Assembly: GCF_009914755.1 (NCBI RefSeq)
Contig: NC_060927.1
Strand: one strand, 5' to 3'
From: the human T2T-CHM13v2.0 reference genome, Homo sapiens
Length of the DNA stretch: 64,000 bases
Part shown: positions 26,898 to 40,265 of the stretch, piece by piece
Position numbering within the stretch: position 1 is the first letter of the stretch
Layout of the letters: each line of letters begins with the position of its first letter
Notes under the pieces: generated by a model
Told to the model about the DNA's origin: nothing
Database searches by the model: none
The model's input: the letters and a program-made list of their open reading frames with translations, nothing else
Position numbers and translations under genes: made by a program

Positions 26898-27259
26898 TGA
26901 CATGGTTTGGCTGTGTCCCCACCCAAATCTCATCTTGAATTGTAGCTCCCATAATTCCCATGCATTGTGGGAAGGACCCAGTGGGTGATAATTGAATCAC
27001 GGGGGCAGTTTTCCCCATACTTTTATGGTAGTGAATAAGTCTCACGAGTTCTGATGGTTTTTATAAGGGGAAATCCGTTTTGCTTGATTCTGATTCTCTT
27101 TTTGCCTGCTGCCATGGAAGACGTGCCTTTCACCTTTTGCCATGATTGTGAGGTCTCCCCAGCCACATGGAATTGTGAGTCCACTAAACCTCTTTTTCTT
27201 TATAAATTACCCAGTCTCCAGTATGTCTTTATCAGCAGCATAAAAAACAGACTAATACA
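26898..27259 (+). mobile_element. THE1 (C/D-like) MaLR solo LTR
   Basis: tgacatggtttggctgtgtccccacccaaatctcatcttgaattgtagctccc...cagactaataca; TG...CA ends. Confidence 0.93.
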
Positions 27260-27771
27260 CAGGGGATGAGGGAAACGTGCTGATGAGGGGACTTCATGGA
27301 TAGAGAGGAGAGCTGCCATGAAAGTGAAGTACTAGAGAGAATTAAACCATAAGAAGATATTTAGAATATTGTGTTGAGAAAAGCAGTATGTTATCTAATT
27401 TTCTATACTATTTCTAGAAGAAAGACTACTAGAAGGGTATTATTTTTCAAGGTTAGCAAAATGAAATATGAGGTGTTTTGAATACACTGAGACTAGACAC
27501 AAAAAGATGTAGGTTTATAAATAAGACATAAGATGTATTGGTAACCTTTAAATTTTTTATTTGAAGGAATATTTAAATATTTTTATGAGTTTATGATGTC
27601 ATTCTTATTTACACTCTTGAGAGGAGAAAATGTATATATTTTGTTATCTTAGAATATGTCATCTACAGAATAGGACTAATAATATAAGTTTTTCTTGAGT
27701 GCTTCTGTGGAGAGTCCAGAAAACTTTTTTGAATAAAAGGTTTCTCAATGTCAAAGTTACTTCAGAAATAG

Positions 27772-28151
<380 letters not shown>

Positions 28152-28178
28152 TCAACCTAACACTTTTAATTGCATGTG

Positions 28179-28179
<1 letters not shown>

Positions 28180-28217
<38 letters not shown>
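28180..28217. repeat. (TG)n microsatellite
   Basis: Uninterrupted TG run. Confidence 0.95.
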
Positions 28218-28221
<4 letters not shown>

Positions 28222-28721
28222 CTGGCCTTAAAGCTTAAGGGACAGCTTAGTTAAAATATCCAAAAAAGAATTAGGAAGCATATAATCTGCTCCTTTAGAA
28301 GAAGAGTTAGAATAAAGAGAGGCGGTAGTTGATAACATCAATTATGAGTTCCTTATGACATTTTTATTTTAATTCCCTTATTCAAATACCAATGCTTCTG
28401 GAGTCTATTCTGAACACATTGTGCCTAAGATGGAAGAATCTTCCCCCAAAAATGCAACTAGAGCATCAAGATCCATTTTTATGACTGAAAGCCAGACAGT
28501 GGAGTACAGTGGGTAGTTTCCTATGGTGGGTAATTTTGTGTAAGAAAAATAAAAATTTTTCCATCTTCTTTTGTTAATGAAACAGTGAGTCATGGTCTAG
28601 GAGTCTGAGGAATAGAAAGAAGTGGGAAGAACCAGAATCTATTCCTGGACCCGCCCCTGATTCATGGAGTATATTTGGACAAATCTCTAAATACTTCTCT
28701 GTTTTAGCATTGTTAGAACAT

Positions 28722-29530
28722 TGATTTATTAATTCACTCATTCATGCATGCAACATTAGTGAGTAACTGTAAGGTGCCCACATATGAAGATGAAAAGCCA
28801 TAGTTCCTGAAACACACAGTCTGGGAAGAGTCAGATATGTAAACAAGTCATTACAATTCCTTGTGATAGGAATATAATACATATCCTCAAGGTACCGTGA
28901 TGGGACAAAGATGTATGTTGACTAGGACATGCTAGGGTGGGGTTCAGAGAAGAAGAAACACCTAGGTGGGTCTTGAAAAGTAGGTTAAAGTTTATTAGAA
29001 GGGTTTGGGAAAAGAGGATTCCAAGTACAGGCAACAATATATGCAAATACATGGAAACATAACAGAACATTGCGGAGGGTACTGTAAATAGTTTAATATT
29101 AAAGCATAAGGGGGGTGGGCGGAGGCAATGGAGGATGAAATTGGGGAGAGAAAACAGTGCCAAATATTGGAGGACCTTATATGCTATGCAAAGAGTTTGG
29201 TTGAATGCTTTAATCACGATAATAATATAATCTTATTTCTGTTTTTCAGGAAGATTGCTGGTCATATGACAGCTAGATGGCAAGGTGCAGCTAGAGTTAG
29301 GCAAGCCATTTAGAAGTAAATTGCAATAATCCAGGCAGATGATGATAAGACCCTGCATCAGAACAATGGGAACGAAGAGGCTGAAGCAGATACTAATGAT
29401 GTTAAGGAAGTAAAATGTAAAAGAAATCTGTAGAACCATTAGAAATGGAAGGAATAAGGGGAATCTGGGAGAATACCTCCCAGATTTCTTGCTCAGTTGA
29501 CAGGTTACTCGCTTATGTCATTAATTTATT
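28722..29530 (-). mobile_element. L2 (L2a-like) 3' region
   Basis: ttcactcattcatgcatgcaacattagtgagtaactgtaaggtgcc...ttgcaataatccaggcagatgatgat. Confidence 0.75.
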
Positions 29531-29629
29531 ACTAGAAGAAAGATAATTAATAATATTTATGTGTGTTGAACTTTAGGTGGGTAAGCAAAAAAATGTCTTC
29601 GGAAATTTCATTTTTATTTCTCAATAGAA

Positions 29630-29920
29630 TTTTCTTTTTCTTAAATTATACTTTAAGTTCTGGGGTACATGTGCAGAACGTGCAGGTTTGTTACATAGGT
29701 TTACACATGCCATGGTGGTTTGCTGCACCCATTAATCCGTTCTACATTAGGTATTTCTCCTAATGCTATCCCTCCCCTACCCCCTAACCCTATGACAGGC
29801 TCTAGTATGTGATGTTCCCCACCCTGTGTCCATGTGTTCTCACTGTTCAACTACCACTTACCAGTGAGAACATGTGGTGTTTGTTTTTCTGTTCTTGTGT
29901 TAGTTTGCTGAGAATGATGT
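29630..29920 (-). mobile_element. L1PA (PA7-like) 3' end
   Basis: ttatactttaagttctggggtacatgtgcagaacgtgcaggtttgttacatagg. Confidence 0.92.
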
Positions 29921-31657
29921 TATTTTCTAAAGATTAACCAGTACATTTTCTAGAGTCTGGAGTGAGTCCAATGAATTTTATATTTACACATTTTCTCTCA
30001 TAGAAGGTTTACCAATGGTCTGTTTCTAAAACTTCCTTTCTGTTCACTTTTTTCTCTTTAATTTTGGTCTTACAGGAAATGACTGTGTGGCAATACAGAA
30101 TTATTACTGAAAAATTTGGAGGATGACACCTACAAATAACTTCATAAGAAAACACTCTGGACTTTCACACTGCCATTAATTGTTGTTAATTTTTTAAAAA
30201 GGAGTTTCTTTTGATTGTTGTTGCTATACTAAAAGGGAAATGTCAGCACTATTTGCCCATAGTTATACAAATTCTTCTAAATGAGTGGGTTTATCGTGTT
30301 CAAAATGAGATGATGTATGATACTGACTTAGGTTTTTCATGATTAAAAATAATTAATCCTGGTCAAAGGCTATTATTTTTGTCCAAGGTAGAAAAGAAGA
30401 AAGGGAGGAGAGAGGGAAAGCTAAATAGTGAAAGAGAGAAATAACAAAAACCTCTCTACACCATATATGAAAATTGAATGAGAGGTTTATATTCTAATAT
30501 TATTATTATTTTCTGGGTATTTTTGTATTTCTTGTTTACCCTCTGGAAAAAGAGTTCTGATTTAACAATTTCTCTTTGAACATCTTTTGTCAGTAATCAG
30601 TAATCAAGCTGACTTGAGTTGATTGCTCCAAATAAAGTATTTCTGTCAATTTGGAATTAATTGTGAAAAGGCATGTGATGCCATAACACAATTCCATCCT
30701 TTAATCTGACTACAAGAAAGAAAGCAAATCATGGCTAATTCAATCCATAATAAGCGGACCACATTTCCTAAAGGGCATTATATTTATATACTCCAGTGTG
30801 TATTACATATACTAAACTTTCAAAAATACCATCAGAAAGACTTGTGTTTTTAGTCAAAAATTAAGCTAAAAATAAATATCTATTTTAAGAATTGCCAGAC
30901 AAAATATCTCTTTATATTTTCCAATTCCACATTCTTAAAGCATCAGCTTTCCTTTTTCTGCATCATTACATCAGTTTTTGAATGCAATCAAGCTTCCATT
31001 ATTTAAGATCTGATTAGCAAATTCTATTACTCCTGTTCTCTGTTCACCTCCTTCATCTCGCCTCTGAAGAACATCACTATGATTTGATGAAAAAGTAGAA
31101 AAATATGAAGTCAAATATTAATCAGTCTAATCTGCAATTTTAATAGTCCTGGAAAAATATTTGGTGTGGAGGACTTTGAAACTAAATATTAAGGTTAAGA
31201 AAAAAAAGGATAAAAGAGAAAAAAAGAAAGCAAAAAAACCCTAAAACCAAAAATTAAAACCACCACATTTGCCTTAATATAAGAACTTGAGTTATTGTTT
31301 GCTCACCATATGCGATCAGCATAAATAGAGAGTTGGCTTTAACTAGTATGAGTGGAAAAGTATGTTTTTAATATGAAACGTTCTGTTCAATAGAAGCTAT
31401 TGTCCTTTAGCTTCTCTGCTTTTTAACATATCACATAAGTGTAAATTCTTATGAAAATTATACATTGACCAAACAATGCGATTATTACAAAAACTAGTAA
31501 GTTACTTATTTAATATTTATTTATTCTCTCTCCTATACCTTTCTCTTGTTTTTTCTTCCTTTCTGTCTACCTACCTGCTTTACTTTTTTAAAAAATGTAA
31601 AGGATAATATTTTTCTAACATTTGTTTACTTCCAATGGATAAGGTTTAATTAATTTT

Positions 31658-31895
31658 AAGAACATATGGACACGGAGGGGAACATCACACACTAGGGCTG
31701 TTGGGGGCGGGGGTGGGGGGCGGCGGCGGGGGTGGAGAGCATTAGGACAAATACCTAATCATGAGGGTCTTAAAACCTAGATGACGGGTTGATAGGTGCA
31801 GCAAACCACCATGGCACATGTATATGTAAGTAATAAACCTGCACGTTCTGCACATGTATCCCAGAACTTAAAGTAAAATTTTAGAAAATGTAAAA
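31658..31895 (+). mobile_element. L1PA (PA7/8-like) 3' end with G-rich tract
   Basis: aacatcacacact...aaacctagatgacgggttgataggtgcagcaaaccaccatggcacatg...cccagaacttaaagta. Confidence 0.92.
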
Positions 31896-32848
31896 ACTTT
31901 AACAAATGAACACAGTAAAATACTATTAAATGCTGTGAACAATGGAAGTAAATTCTGCTGGTAGGAGAATTTCCAGTTATAACTAATCTAGACCTATAAT
32001 ATTTTGGTAGGTTTAATTGAATATAAGGGTATTGAAACTTCGAGTTTTATAGTAATAGATTATTATATTTTTAGCAGATTGTAATACCAGAAGTTGTAAC
32101 ATATAATTTAATTTTATAACTTATTTTTTATTCAATGCAATCAGAAAGATTTTTTAAATTGGCTTTTTACAGAGATTCTTTTTAAGCCTCTCTTAAGTAT
32201 AATTTTCCTGAAGATTTTATAGTACATTATAGTTTACTACAATATGTCTTATATATTACTATATTGCTACAGTATATTATTTAAAACTAGCTTTTTTTCT
32301 ATTCTGAAGTTAAAAGAATCAATTCAAATTATATATAACTAAATGGCTTTATCACTAAGTGATAAAGAGCATATGGTGTTAGCTAGTTCAACATTATCAG
32401 GTGAAGAAAAGGGTGATAAAAATAATAGCTTTACTCAGAAAAGATTAATGAGAAAATGAGGTTGCCCTGACAAAATGATTTGGATTTTCTCACACCTTTT
32501 AAAAAATGCATTTAATCATTTTTATCTGAGTCTATGTTATTTATAAAAAGAAACTAATTAGAATAGCTCTCCAAAACAACATTGTTAATGCCTCAGTGGT
32601 TTTTTCATATAATCAAAGTTGTACAAACATGCTTATGATGGAATCATCTATTTCTAAAGGTTTAAATGTTGTAATGATAAAATTGTGTTTAGACTTGAAA
32701 TCTGGTAAGCTAATTCAAGTTAAGAAAAATACTATCTGTAAGAAAACTTAAAATAAAAATATGATTTTTTTCATAAAAGCTGATGACAAAAAAATTATAT
32801 TCAATTCCAGCAGGAAAAGCCCACCATTGCAGCAGGGCTTGAATAAAC

Positions 32849-34803
32849 CCACTCTGTGGGTTGTCTATCCTATTTATAATTGTTTTTGTTGCATTTACTT
32901 TTGGGTTCATGAAGTCTTTGCCTAAGCCAATGTCTAGAAGGGTTTTTCCAATGTTATCTTCTAGAATTATTATAGTTTCGGATCTTAGATTTAAGTTCTT
33001 GATACATCTTGAGTTGACTTTTTTGTGAGCTGAGAGATGAGGACCCAGTTTCATTCTCCTACATGTGGCTAGCCAGTTATCCCAGGTGTCCTTTCCCCAC
33101 TTTATGTTTTTGTTTGCTTTGTCAAAGATCAGTTGGCTCTAAGTATTCGGGTTTATGTCTGGGTTCTCTATTTTGTTCCATTGGTCTATGTGCCTATTTT
33201 TATACCAGTACCATGATGTTTTGGTGACTACAGCCTTATAATATAGTTTGAAATCAGGTAATTTGATGCCTCCAGATTTGTTATTTTTGCTTAGTCTTGC
33301 TTTGGCTATGCAGGCTCTTTTTTGGTTCCATATGAATTTTAAAATTTTTTTTCTAATGCTGTGAAGAATGATGGTGGTATTTTGATGAGAATTGTGTTGA
33401 ATTTGTAGATTGCTTTTAGCAGTATGGTCATTGCGACAATATTAATTCTACCCATCCATGAGCATGGGTTGTGTTCCCATTTGTTTGTGTCATCTATGAT
33501 TTCTTTCAGGAGTGTTTTGTAGTTTTCCTTGAGAGGTCTTTCACCTCCTTAGTTAGGTATATTCCTAAGTATTTTTTTTTTGCAGCTATTGTAAAAAGGG
33601 TTGATTTCTTGATTTGATTCTCAGCTTGGTCGCTATTGATGTATTGCAGAGCTACTGATTTGTATACATTAATTTTGTATGTAGGAACTTTGCTGAATTT
33701 ATTTATTAGTTCGAGGAGCTTTCTGGAGGAGTCTTCAGGATTTTTGAGGTACATGATTATATCGTCAGCAAAAAAATGACAGTTTGACTTCCTTTTTACA
33801 GAGGAAATAAAGGGTATTTGGATGCCTTTTATTTCTTTCTCTTGTCTGGTTGTTCTGGCTAGGACTTCCAATGCTATGTTGAAGAGGCATTGTGAGAGTG
33901 GGCATCCTTGTCTTTTTCCAGTTCACAGAGGGAATACTTTCAACTTTTCCCCATTCAGTATTATGTTGGCTGTGGGTTTGTCATAGATGGCTTTTATTAC
34001 ATTGAGCTGTGTCCCTTGTCTGCCAATTTTGCTGAGGTTTTTATTCATAAAGGGATGCTGGATTTTGTTGAATGTTTTTTCTGCATCTATTGAGATGATT
34101 ATGTGATTTTTGTTTTTAATTCTGTTTATGTGGTGTATCACATTTATTGACTTGAGCATGTTAAACCATCCCTGCACCCCTGTTATAAACCCAGTTGATC
34201 ATGGTGGATTATCTTTTTGTTATGTTGTTGGATTTGGTTAGCTAATATTTTGTTAAGGATTTTAGCATCTATGTTCATCAAGGATATTAGTCTATAGTTT
34301 CCTTTTTTAGTTATGTCCATTCCTGGTTTTTGGTATTAGGGTGATACTGGCTTTATAGAATGATTTAGGGCGGGTTCCTTCTTTCTTGATCTTGTGGAAT
34401 AGTGTCAAAAGAATTGGTACTAATTCTTTGAATTTCTGGTAGAATTTTGCTGTGAATCCATCTGATCCTGGACTTTTTTTTTGTTTGTAGTTTTTTAATT
34501 GCTAGTTCAATCTTGCTGCTTATTATTGGTCTGTTCAGGGTATCTAATTCTTCATAATTTAAGCTAGGAGGGTTGTATCTTTCCAGGAACTTATCCATCT
34601 CTTCTAGGTTTTCTAGTTTATGTACATAAATGTGTTCATAGTAGCTTCAAATGAACTTTTTGTATTTCTGTGGTTTCAGTTGTAATATCTCCCGTTTCAT
34701 TTCTTATTGGATTTTCTTTCTTCTTTTATTGGTTAACCTTGATAATAGTCTATTACTTTTACTTATCTTTTCAAAGAACCAGATTTTTGTTTCATTTATC
34801 TTC
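32849..34803 (-). mobile_element. L1PB-like ORF2 (RT region), non-inverted part of a 5'-inverted element; 3' end missing
   Basis: Minus-strand ORF relics QGWFN...[17 protein letters not shown] and FADDIIMYL (RT motif). Confidence 0.92.
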
Positions 34804-36029
34804 GGTTTAAGAACTGCTTAAAGAAGCTCTAAGTCTTGAAACAAATCCTAGAAACACATCAAAACAGAACCTCTTTAAAGCATAAATCTTACAGGACCTA
34901 TAAAACAAAAATATGATTTAAAAAACAAAAACAAAAAGCAAAAAACAAAGGTACACAGTCAACAAATAGTACAATGAATGGAATGGTACCTCACATCTCA
35001 ATACTAACGTTGAATGTAAATGGCCTAAATGCTCCACTTAAAAGATACAGAACTGCAGAATAGATAACAATTCACCAACCAATTATCTGCTGCCTTCAAG
35101 AGACTCACCTAACACATGAGTACTCACATAAACTTAAGGTAAAAGGGTGGAAAATAACATTTCATGCAAATGGACACCAAAAGCAGGCAGGAGTAGCTAT
35201 TCTTAGACAAAAGAAACTGTAAAACAACAGCAGTTAGTAAAGACAAAGAGGACATTATATAATGGTAAAAGGGCTTGTCCAACAGGAAAATATCACAATC
35301 CTAAACGTATATGCACTATGCTGGAGTATATGCTGACACTGGAGCTCCCAAATTTATAAAACAATTAGTAATAGACCTAAGAAATGAGACAGACAGCAAC
35401 ACAACAATAGTGGGGGACTTCAATACTTCACTGATAGCACTAGACAGGTTATCAAGACAGAAAGTCAACAAAGAAACAATGGATTTCAACTATACCTTGG
35501 AACAAATGGACTTAAGACATATATACAGAACAGCCTATCCAACAACCACAGGATATCCATTCTATTCCACAGCATGTGGAACTTTCTCCAAGATAGACCA
35601 TATTATATGCCACAAAATGAGCCTCAATAAATTTTTAAAAATTGAAAGTATATCAGGCACTCTCTCAGACCACAGTGGAATAAAACTGGAAATTGACTCC
35701 AAAAGGAATCTTCAAAACCATGCAAATTCATGGAAATTAAATAATTTGTTCCTGAATGGTCATTGGGTCAAAAATGAAATCAAGATGGAAATTAAAAAAT
35801 TCTTTAGTCACAATAGTGACACAACATATCAAAACCTCTGGGATACAGCAAAGGCAGTGCTAAGAGGAAAATTCATAGCCCTAAATGACTACATCAAAAA
35901 GACTGAAAGAACACAGACAGACAATCTAAGGGCACACCTCAAGGAACTAGAAAATGAGAACAAAGCAAACCCAAACCCAGCAGAAGAAAGGAAATAGCCA
36001 AGATCAGAACAGAACTAGGTAAAATTGAA
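34804..36029 (+). mobile_element. Inverted 5' segment of the same L1 (ORF1 end, spacer, ORF2 endonuclease)
   Basis: ttgaatgtaaatggcctaaatgctccacttaaaaga ORF2 start region; stops just upstream, in L1 coordinates, of where the minus segment begins. Confidence 0.9.
35311..35997 (+). pseudogene. L1 ORF2 endonuclease relic (228-aa open frame)
   Basis: [15 protein letters not shown] and [12 protein letters not shown]-type endonuclease motifs; N-terminus disrupted upstream. Confidence 0.85.
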
Positions 36030-36044
36030 TTCTTTATTACAATA

Positions 36045-36760
36045 CTTATTATTTAAGTTCTTTATAGATTCTGGATATTAGACCTTTGTCAGATGCAGAG
36101 TTTTTGAATATTTTCTCCCACTCTGTAGGTTGTCTGTTTTTGTTGTTGGTAATTTCTTTTGTTTTGCTGTGGAAAGCAGTTTGGAGATTTCTCAAAGAAC
36201 TTAGAATTACCATCCAACCCAGCAATCCCGTTGATGGGTATATAGCCAAAAGAAAACAAATTGTTCTATTGAAAAGACACATGAATCTATATGTTCATTG
36301 CACCATATTCATGATAGCAAAGACATGGAATCAACCTAGGTGCCTAGCAGTGGTGGACTGAAAAAAGAAATGTGGTACATATACACTACGGAATACTACA
36401 CAGCCATAAGAATGAAGTCATTGTCCTTTGCAGCAACATGGATGGAGCTGGAGGCCATTATCCTAAGTGAATTAACACAAGAACAGAAGACTAAATACCA
36501 CATGTTCTCACATAAATAGGAGTTAAACATTGAATACACATAGACATAAAGATGGGAACAGCAGATACTGGGGACTGCTATACAGGGAAGGAAAAGAGGG
36601 GGGCATGGGCTAAAAAACTATGTACTGGGTACTATTCTCAGTACCGGGTGATGGATCCTTTGAAATCCAAACCTTAGCATCACACAATATACCTTGTAAC
36701 AAACCTGCACATGTACCCTTTAATCTATAATAAAAGTTGAAATTAACAAAAATAATTATT
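36045..36760 (+). mobile_element. L1PA16-like 3' end with short inverted 5' segment (36045-36166)
   Basis: Antisense ORF2 piece joined through ctgtg to sense ctgtggaaagcagtttggagatttctc, then 3'UTR and A-rich tail. Confidence 0.88.
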
Positions 36761-37502
36761 GTTAATAAGAATAACAAAAATAATTGACAAAATTTCTGAA
36801 AACAGATGAACAAAAAAGTTCCCTTTCTCTCCAAGACTTGACTTAAATGACATGGAAAATACAAATAGAAGAAAGCTGTTGTCATTAGTAGACGCTCAGA
36901 ACAATATGCCATCCACATACCACAGACATTAAAGAATATTGTCTCTATATAAGATAAGATAGATGGGACAAGATAATTAAGGGTAAGAAAACAGTGTGTT
37001 TCCTGGTGAGGCAGACAGGGGATCATCACTGAAAACTTGTAACTTTTCCTAATTTGAGTGATAAAGGATGGAGAAAAGTACAGGCCAGGAGATAGATGAG
37101 AGATGCTAATTTCCAGGGAGAGGCCTATAGACAGCAAACAATAACCCATGGGAGGCAAATTTCTTTCTCAAGAGTCTAATCACTGACCTGAGGGGACTTT
37201 CTAATACGGCAGGCATCACTACCCCATGGGAGGTGAGGCAGCGCAAGGTTGTTTCCTGCATGCAAACACTGAACCAAGCAAACAAACTCTTATGCCTTTC
37301 CCCCCGATAAGGGAAATAATGAATGCAACTTCAGGCCTTGGCTGTCACCCACAAGCTTCTAGATTACATACAGAAAACAGAAACTTACAGAAAGGAGCAT
37401 AAAATTAGAGAATAATAAGAGCTTACAAGAAAGATTTCTCACACATTTGGGAAAATGTCCTGACTCACCTTGATCTCTCCTCAAACAGAGTGAGAAAAAC
37501 TA

Positions 37503-37572
37503 ATGTGCCACAGCTAGCTTGTACTGGCTTCAAAGAGCCAATTGTTTGCTTTTTAGGAATAGTGCAAGCCTC
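37503..37572 (+). mobile_element. Possible MER63-like hAT DNA transposon end
   Basis: gcttgtactggcttcaaagagccaattgtt...ttttaggaat resembles recalled MER63 terminus. Confidence 0.35.
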
Positions 37573-37579
37573 TTTTTGT

Positions 37580-39965
37580 CATGTCAGCAGTTTGAAGTCA
37601 GCTATTATGGAGTTGTAAAGTACAGTAATAACCAAAATGAAAAATTCTCTACAGAGGCTCAAGAGTAGATTTGAGCAGACAGAAGAATCATCAATCTTGA
37701 AGATAGATAAAAAAAGATTAGGCAGTCTGAAAAACAGAAAGAAAATGAAGAAATATGAGAAAAGATTCTCAGATGATTTTGAGACAACATTGAATGCACC
37801 AACATATGTGTAATGGGAGTACCAAAGGAGAGGAGAGAGGGAAAAGGGCAAAAAAAAAAAAAAAAAAAAAAAATACGTGAAGAAGTAATGCCATTTACAA
37901 TTTTGTTAAAAGAATTAAGTACACAGGAATAAACTTAGGGAAAGAAGTGCACAGCTTTTATACTAAAAATTATAAAACTTTGTTGCATGAAATTAAATAA
38001 CTAAATTAATGGAAACACATCCTATGTTTATGGATCAGAATACTTTACTATTGCTAAAATAGCAATACTCCCCAAATTAATCGGCACATTTAACATAATT
38101 GCTATCAAAATTTCCAGAAATGGAGAAGTTGATTATAAAATTTATTAAAAAGCAAAGGACCCGGAATAGCCAGAATGATCTAGAAAGAACAAAGTTGATG
38201 GACTCACACTTCCCAAGTCCTAAACTTACTACAAAGCTAGAGTAATCAAGACAGTGTGGCTGGATGCAGTGGCTCACACCTGTAATCCCAGCATTTTGGG
38301 AGGCTGAGGCAGGTCAATCATTTGAGGCCAAGAGTTTGAGACCAGCCTGGCCAACATAGTGAAATCCCATCTTTACTAAAAATACAAAACTTAGCTAAGC
38401 ATGGTGGCCCATGCATGTAATCCCAGCTACTCGGGTGGCTGATGTGGGAGAGTCACCTGAGCCTGAAGAGTTGAGGCTGCAGTGAGCTGAGATTGTGCCA
38501 CTGCACTCCAGCCTGAATGACAGAGAGAGACCCTGTCTCAAAAATAAATACATAAATAAAAAAGAGAGTATGGCTCTTGTGTTCATATGGACATATAGAT
38601 CAATGAAATAGAACCAAGACTCTAGGAGTGAACCTTTATATTTGTCGTCAATTGCTTTTTGACAAGGGTGCCAAGACAACTGAATGGGCACAAATAGGCT
38701 TTTTAACAAATGGTTCTGGGACAACTGGATAACTACATGCAAAAGAATTAAATTGGGTCCCCTACTTTATTCACACCATATGCAAAAATTAACTCAACAT
38801 GGATTATAGAACTAAATATAAGAGCTAAAACTATAAAACTCTGAGGAGAAAACAAGAGTAAATCTTAGGACCTTGGATTAAGCAATTTTTCTTAGGCATG
38901 ACACCTAAAATATAAATAACAAAAAAATAGATAAATTGAACTTTATCAAAATTAAGAACTTTTGTGCCTCAAAGCACACTATCAAGAATATGAAAAGACA
39001 ACCCATACAATGGGGAAAATTATTTGCAAGTCATATACATAATAAGAGTCTAGTATTCAGTATATACATATATAAAGAACTCTACAATTCAATAGAAAAA
39101 AAACCCAATTTTAAAATTGACAAAGCATTTGAAAATATTTTCCCAAAGAAGACATACAACTGGCCAATAGGCATAGGAAAAAAATGTGTAATATCTTTAT
39201 TCACTAAAGAAATGAAAATCAAAACCACAGTGGGATGCCATTTCACACCCACTAAAATGGCTAAAATCAAAAATACAGACAATAACCAGTGTTGATGAAG
39301 ATGTGGAGAAATTGCAACCCTCATGCATTGCTAGTGGGATTGTGAAAATGTTGCAGCCACTTTAGAAAATACAGTTTGGCAGTTTCTCAAAATGTTAAAC
39401 ATAGATTTATCATTAGTCCAAGCAAATGTATTCTTAAATATATACTCAAGAGAAATGAAAACATGTTAATAACTAAACTTGTACATTAACATATATGATA
39501 TTAATCATAATATCCAATAAGTGAAAACAACCCAAATGTCCATCAAATGATGAACGGATTTTTATAAATGCATCTTATTTGTACAATAGTGTATTATTTG
39601 GCAATAAAAATAGGGAAATGGTATTACATGCTATTGCACGAATGAATCTTGATACATCAAGCCACCCACAAAGGAACACGTGTATTATTGCATTTATATG
39701 TAACGTCCAAAGTAGGCAAATCTATAGAGACAGAATAGTGGATTACTTGGTTGCTTAAGTCTTGGAGGTGCCGGGGTGGGGAATGCCTCCTAATGGACAT
39801 AAAGTTTTTTTGGAGGGTGTTGAAAATGTTTTCAAATTAGATTGTGATGATGATTATTGTACAACTCAGTGAATACACTAAAAACCATTTAATTGTACAC
39901 TTTAAATGGATGAATTTTATGGTATGTGAAGTAGATCTCAGTAAAGGTATTTTTTTAAAAAATAA
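37580..39965 (+). mobile_element. L1MB-type element: ORF1 fragment fused to ORF2 3' part and 3'UTR, interrupted by an Alu
   Basis: ORF1-like agatttgagcagacagaagaa...atgggagtaccaaaggagagg; jump near 37890 to ORF2; relic NFIKIKNFCASK; 3' end tgaattttatggtatgtgaa. Confidence 0.85.
38258..38563 (+). mobile_element. Alu (J/early S) nested in L1MB
   Basis: Full dimer with gaggctgcagtgagc and gagaccctgtctc; TSD-like aagacagtgt/aagagagtat. Confidence 0.9.
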
Positions 39966-40174
39966 GGAAGAAAGAACATTTTTCTGAAGAGAATTTTAGT
40001 GGTGATATTGAAAATATGACAACTGATGTTATAGGCACTGATTATTGAAAGAGAAGATGGCCTCAGCTCTGAGCTGGAACCCGGAGGACCCCTGCTGGCA
40101 TAGCCATTAACTATTTTGGAACAGGTAGGTTTTCCAGGGATTACAGACAGAAGCAATTTGCCAGTGCACACAAG

Positions 40175-40265
40175 TATAGGCCCACAATCCTCAGGCTAAA
40201 TTTTTTAGAGCCAGATGTGTTTCAGAATTCAGAATTTTTCAGATCTTATAAAGATATCATGGCTA
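40175..40265. mobile_element. MER46/Tigger-like DNA transposon fragment
   Basis: gccagatgtgtttcagaattcagaatttttcagat. Confidence 0.45.

Noticed and set aside
30040-30180. Strong 3' splice site ttttggtcttacag|g
   Set aside because: No convincing donor follows and the frames close quickly; insufficient evidence alone.
35311-35997. 228-aa ORF, the longest in the track, as a gene
   Set aside because: It is a partial L1 ORF2 endonuclease inside a rearranged L1, and its start lies in a local duplication.
36610-37158. 182-aa minus-strand ORF
   Set aside because: It runs across an antisense L1 3'UTR and L2-like DNA, has a non-ATG start, and shows biased composition with no recognisable domain.
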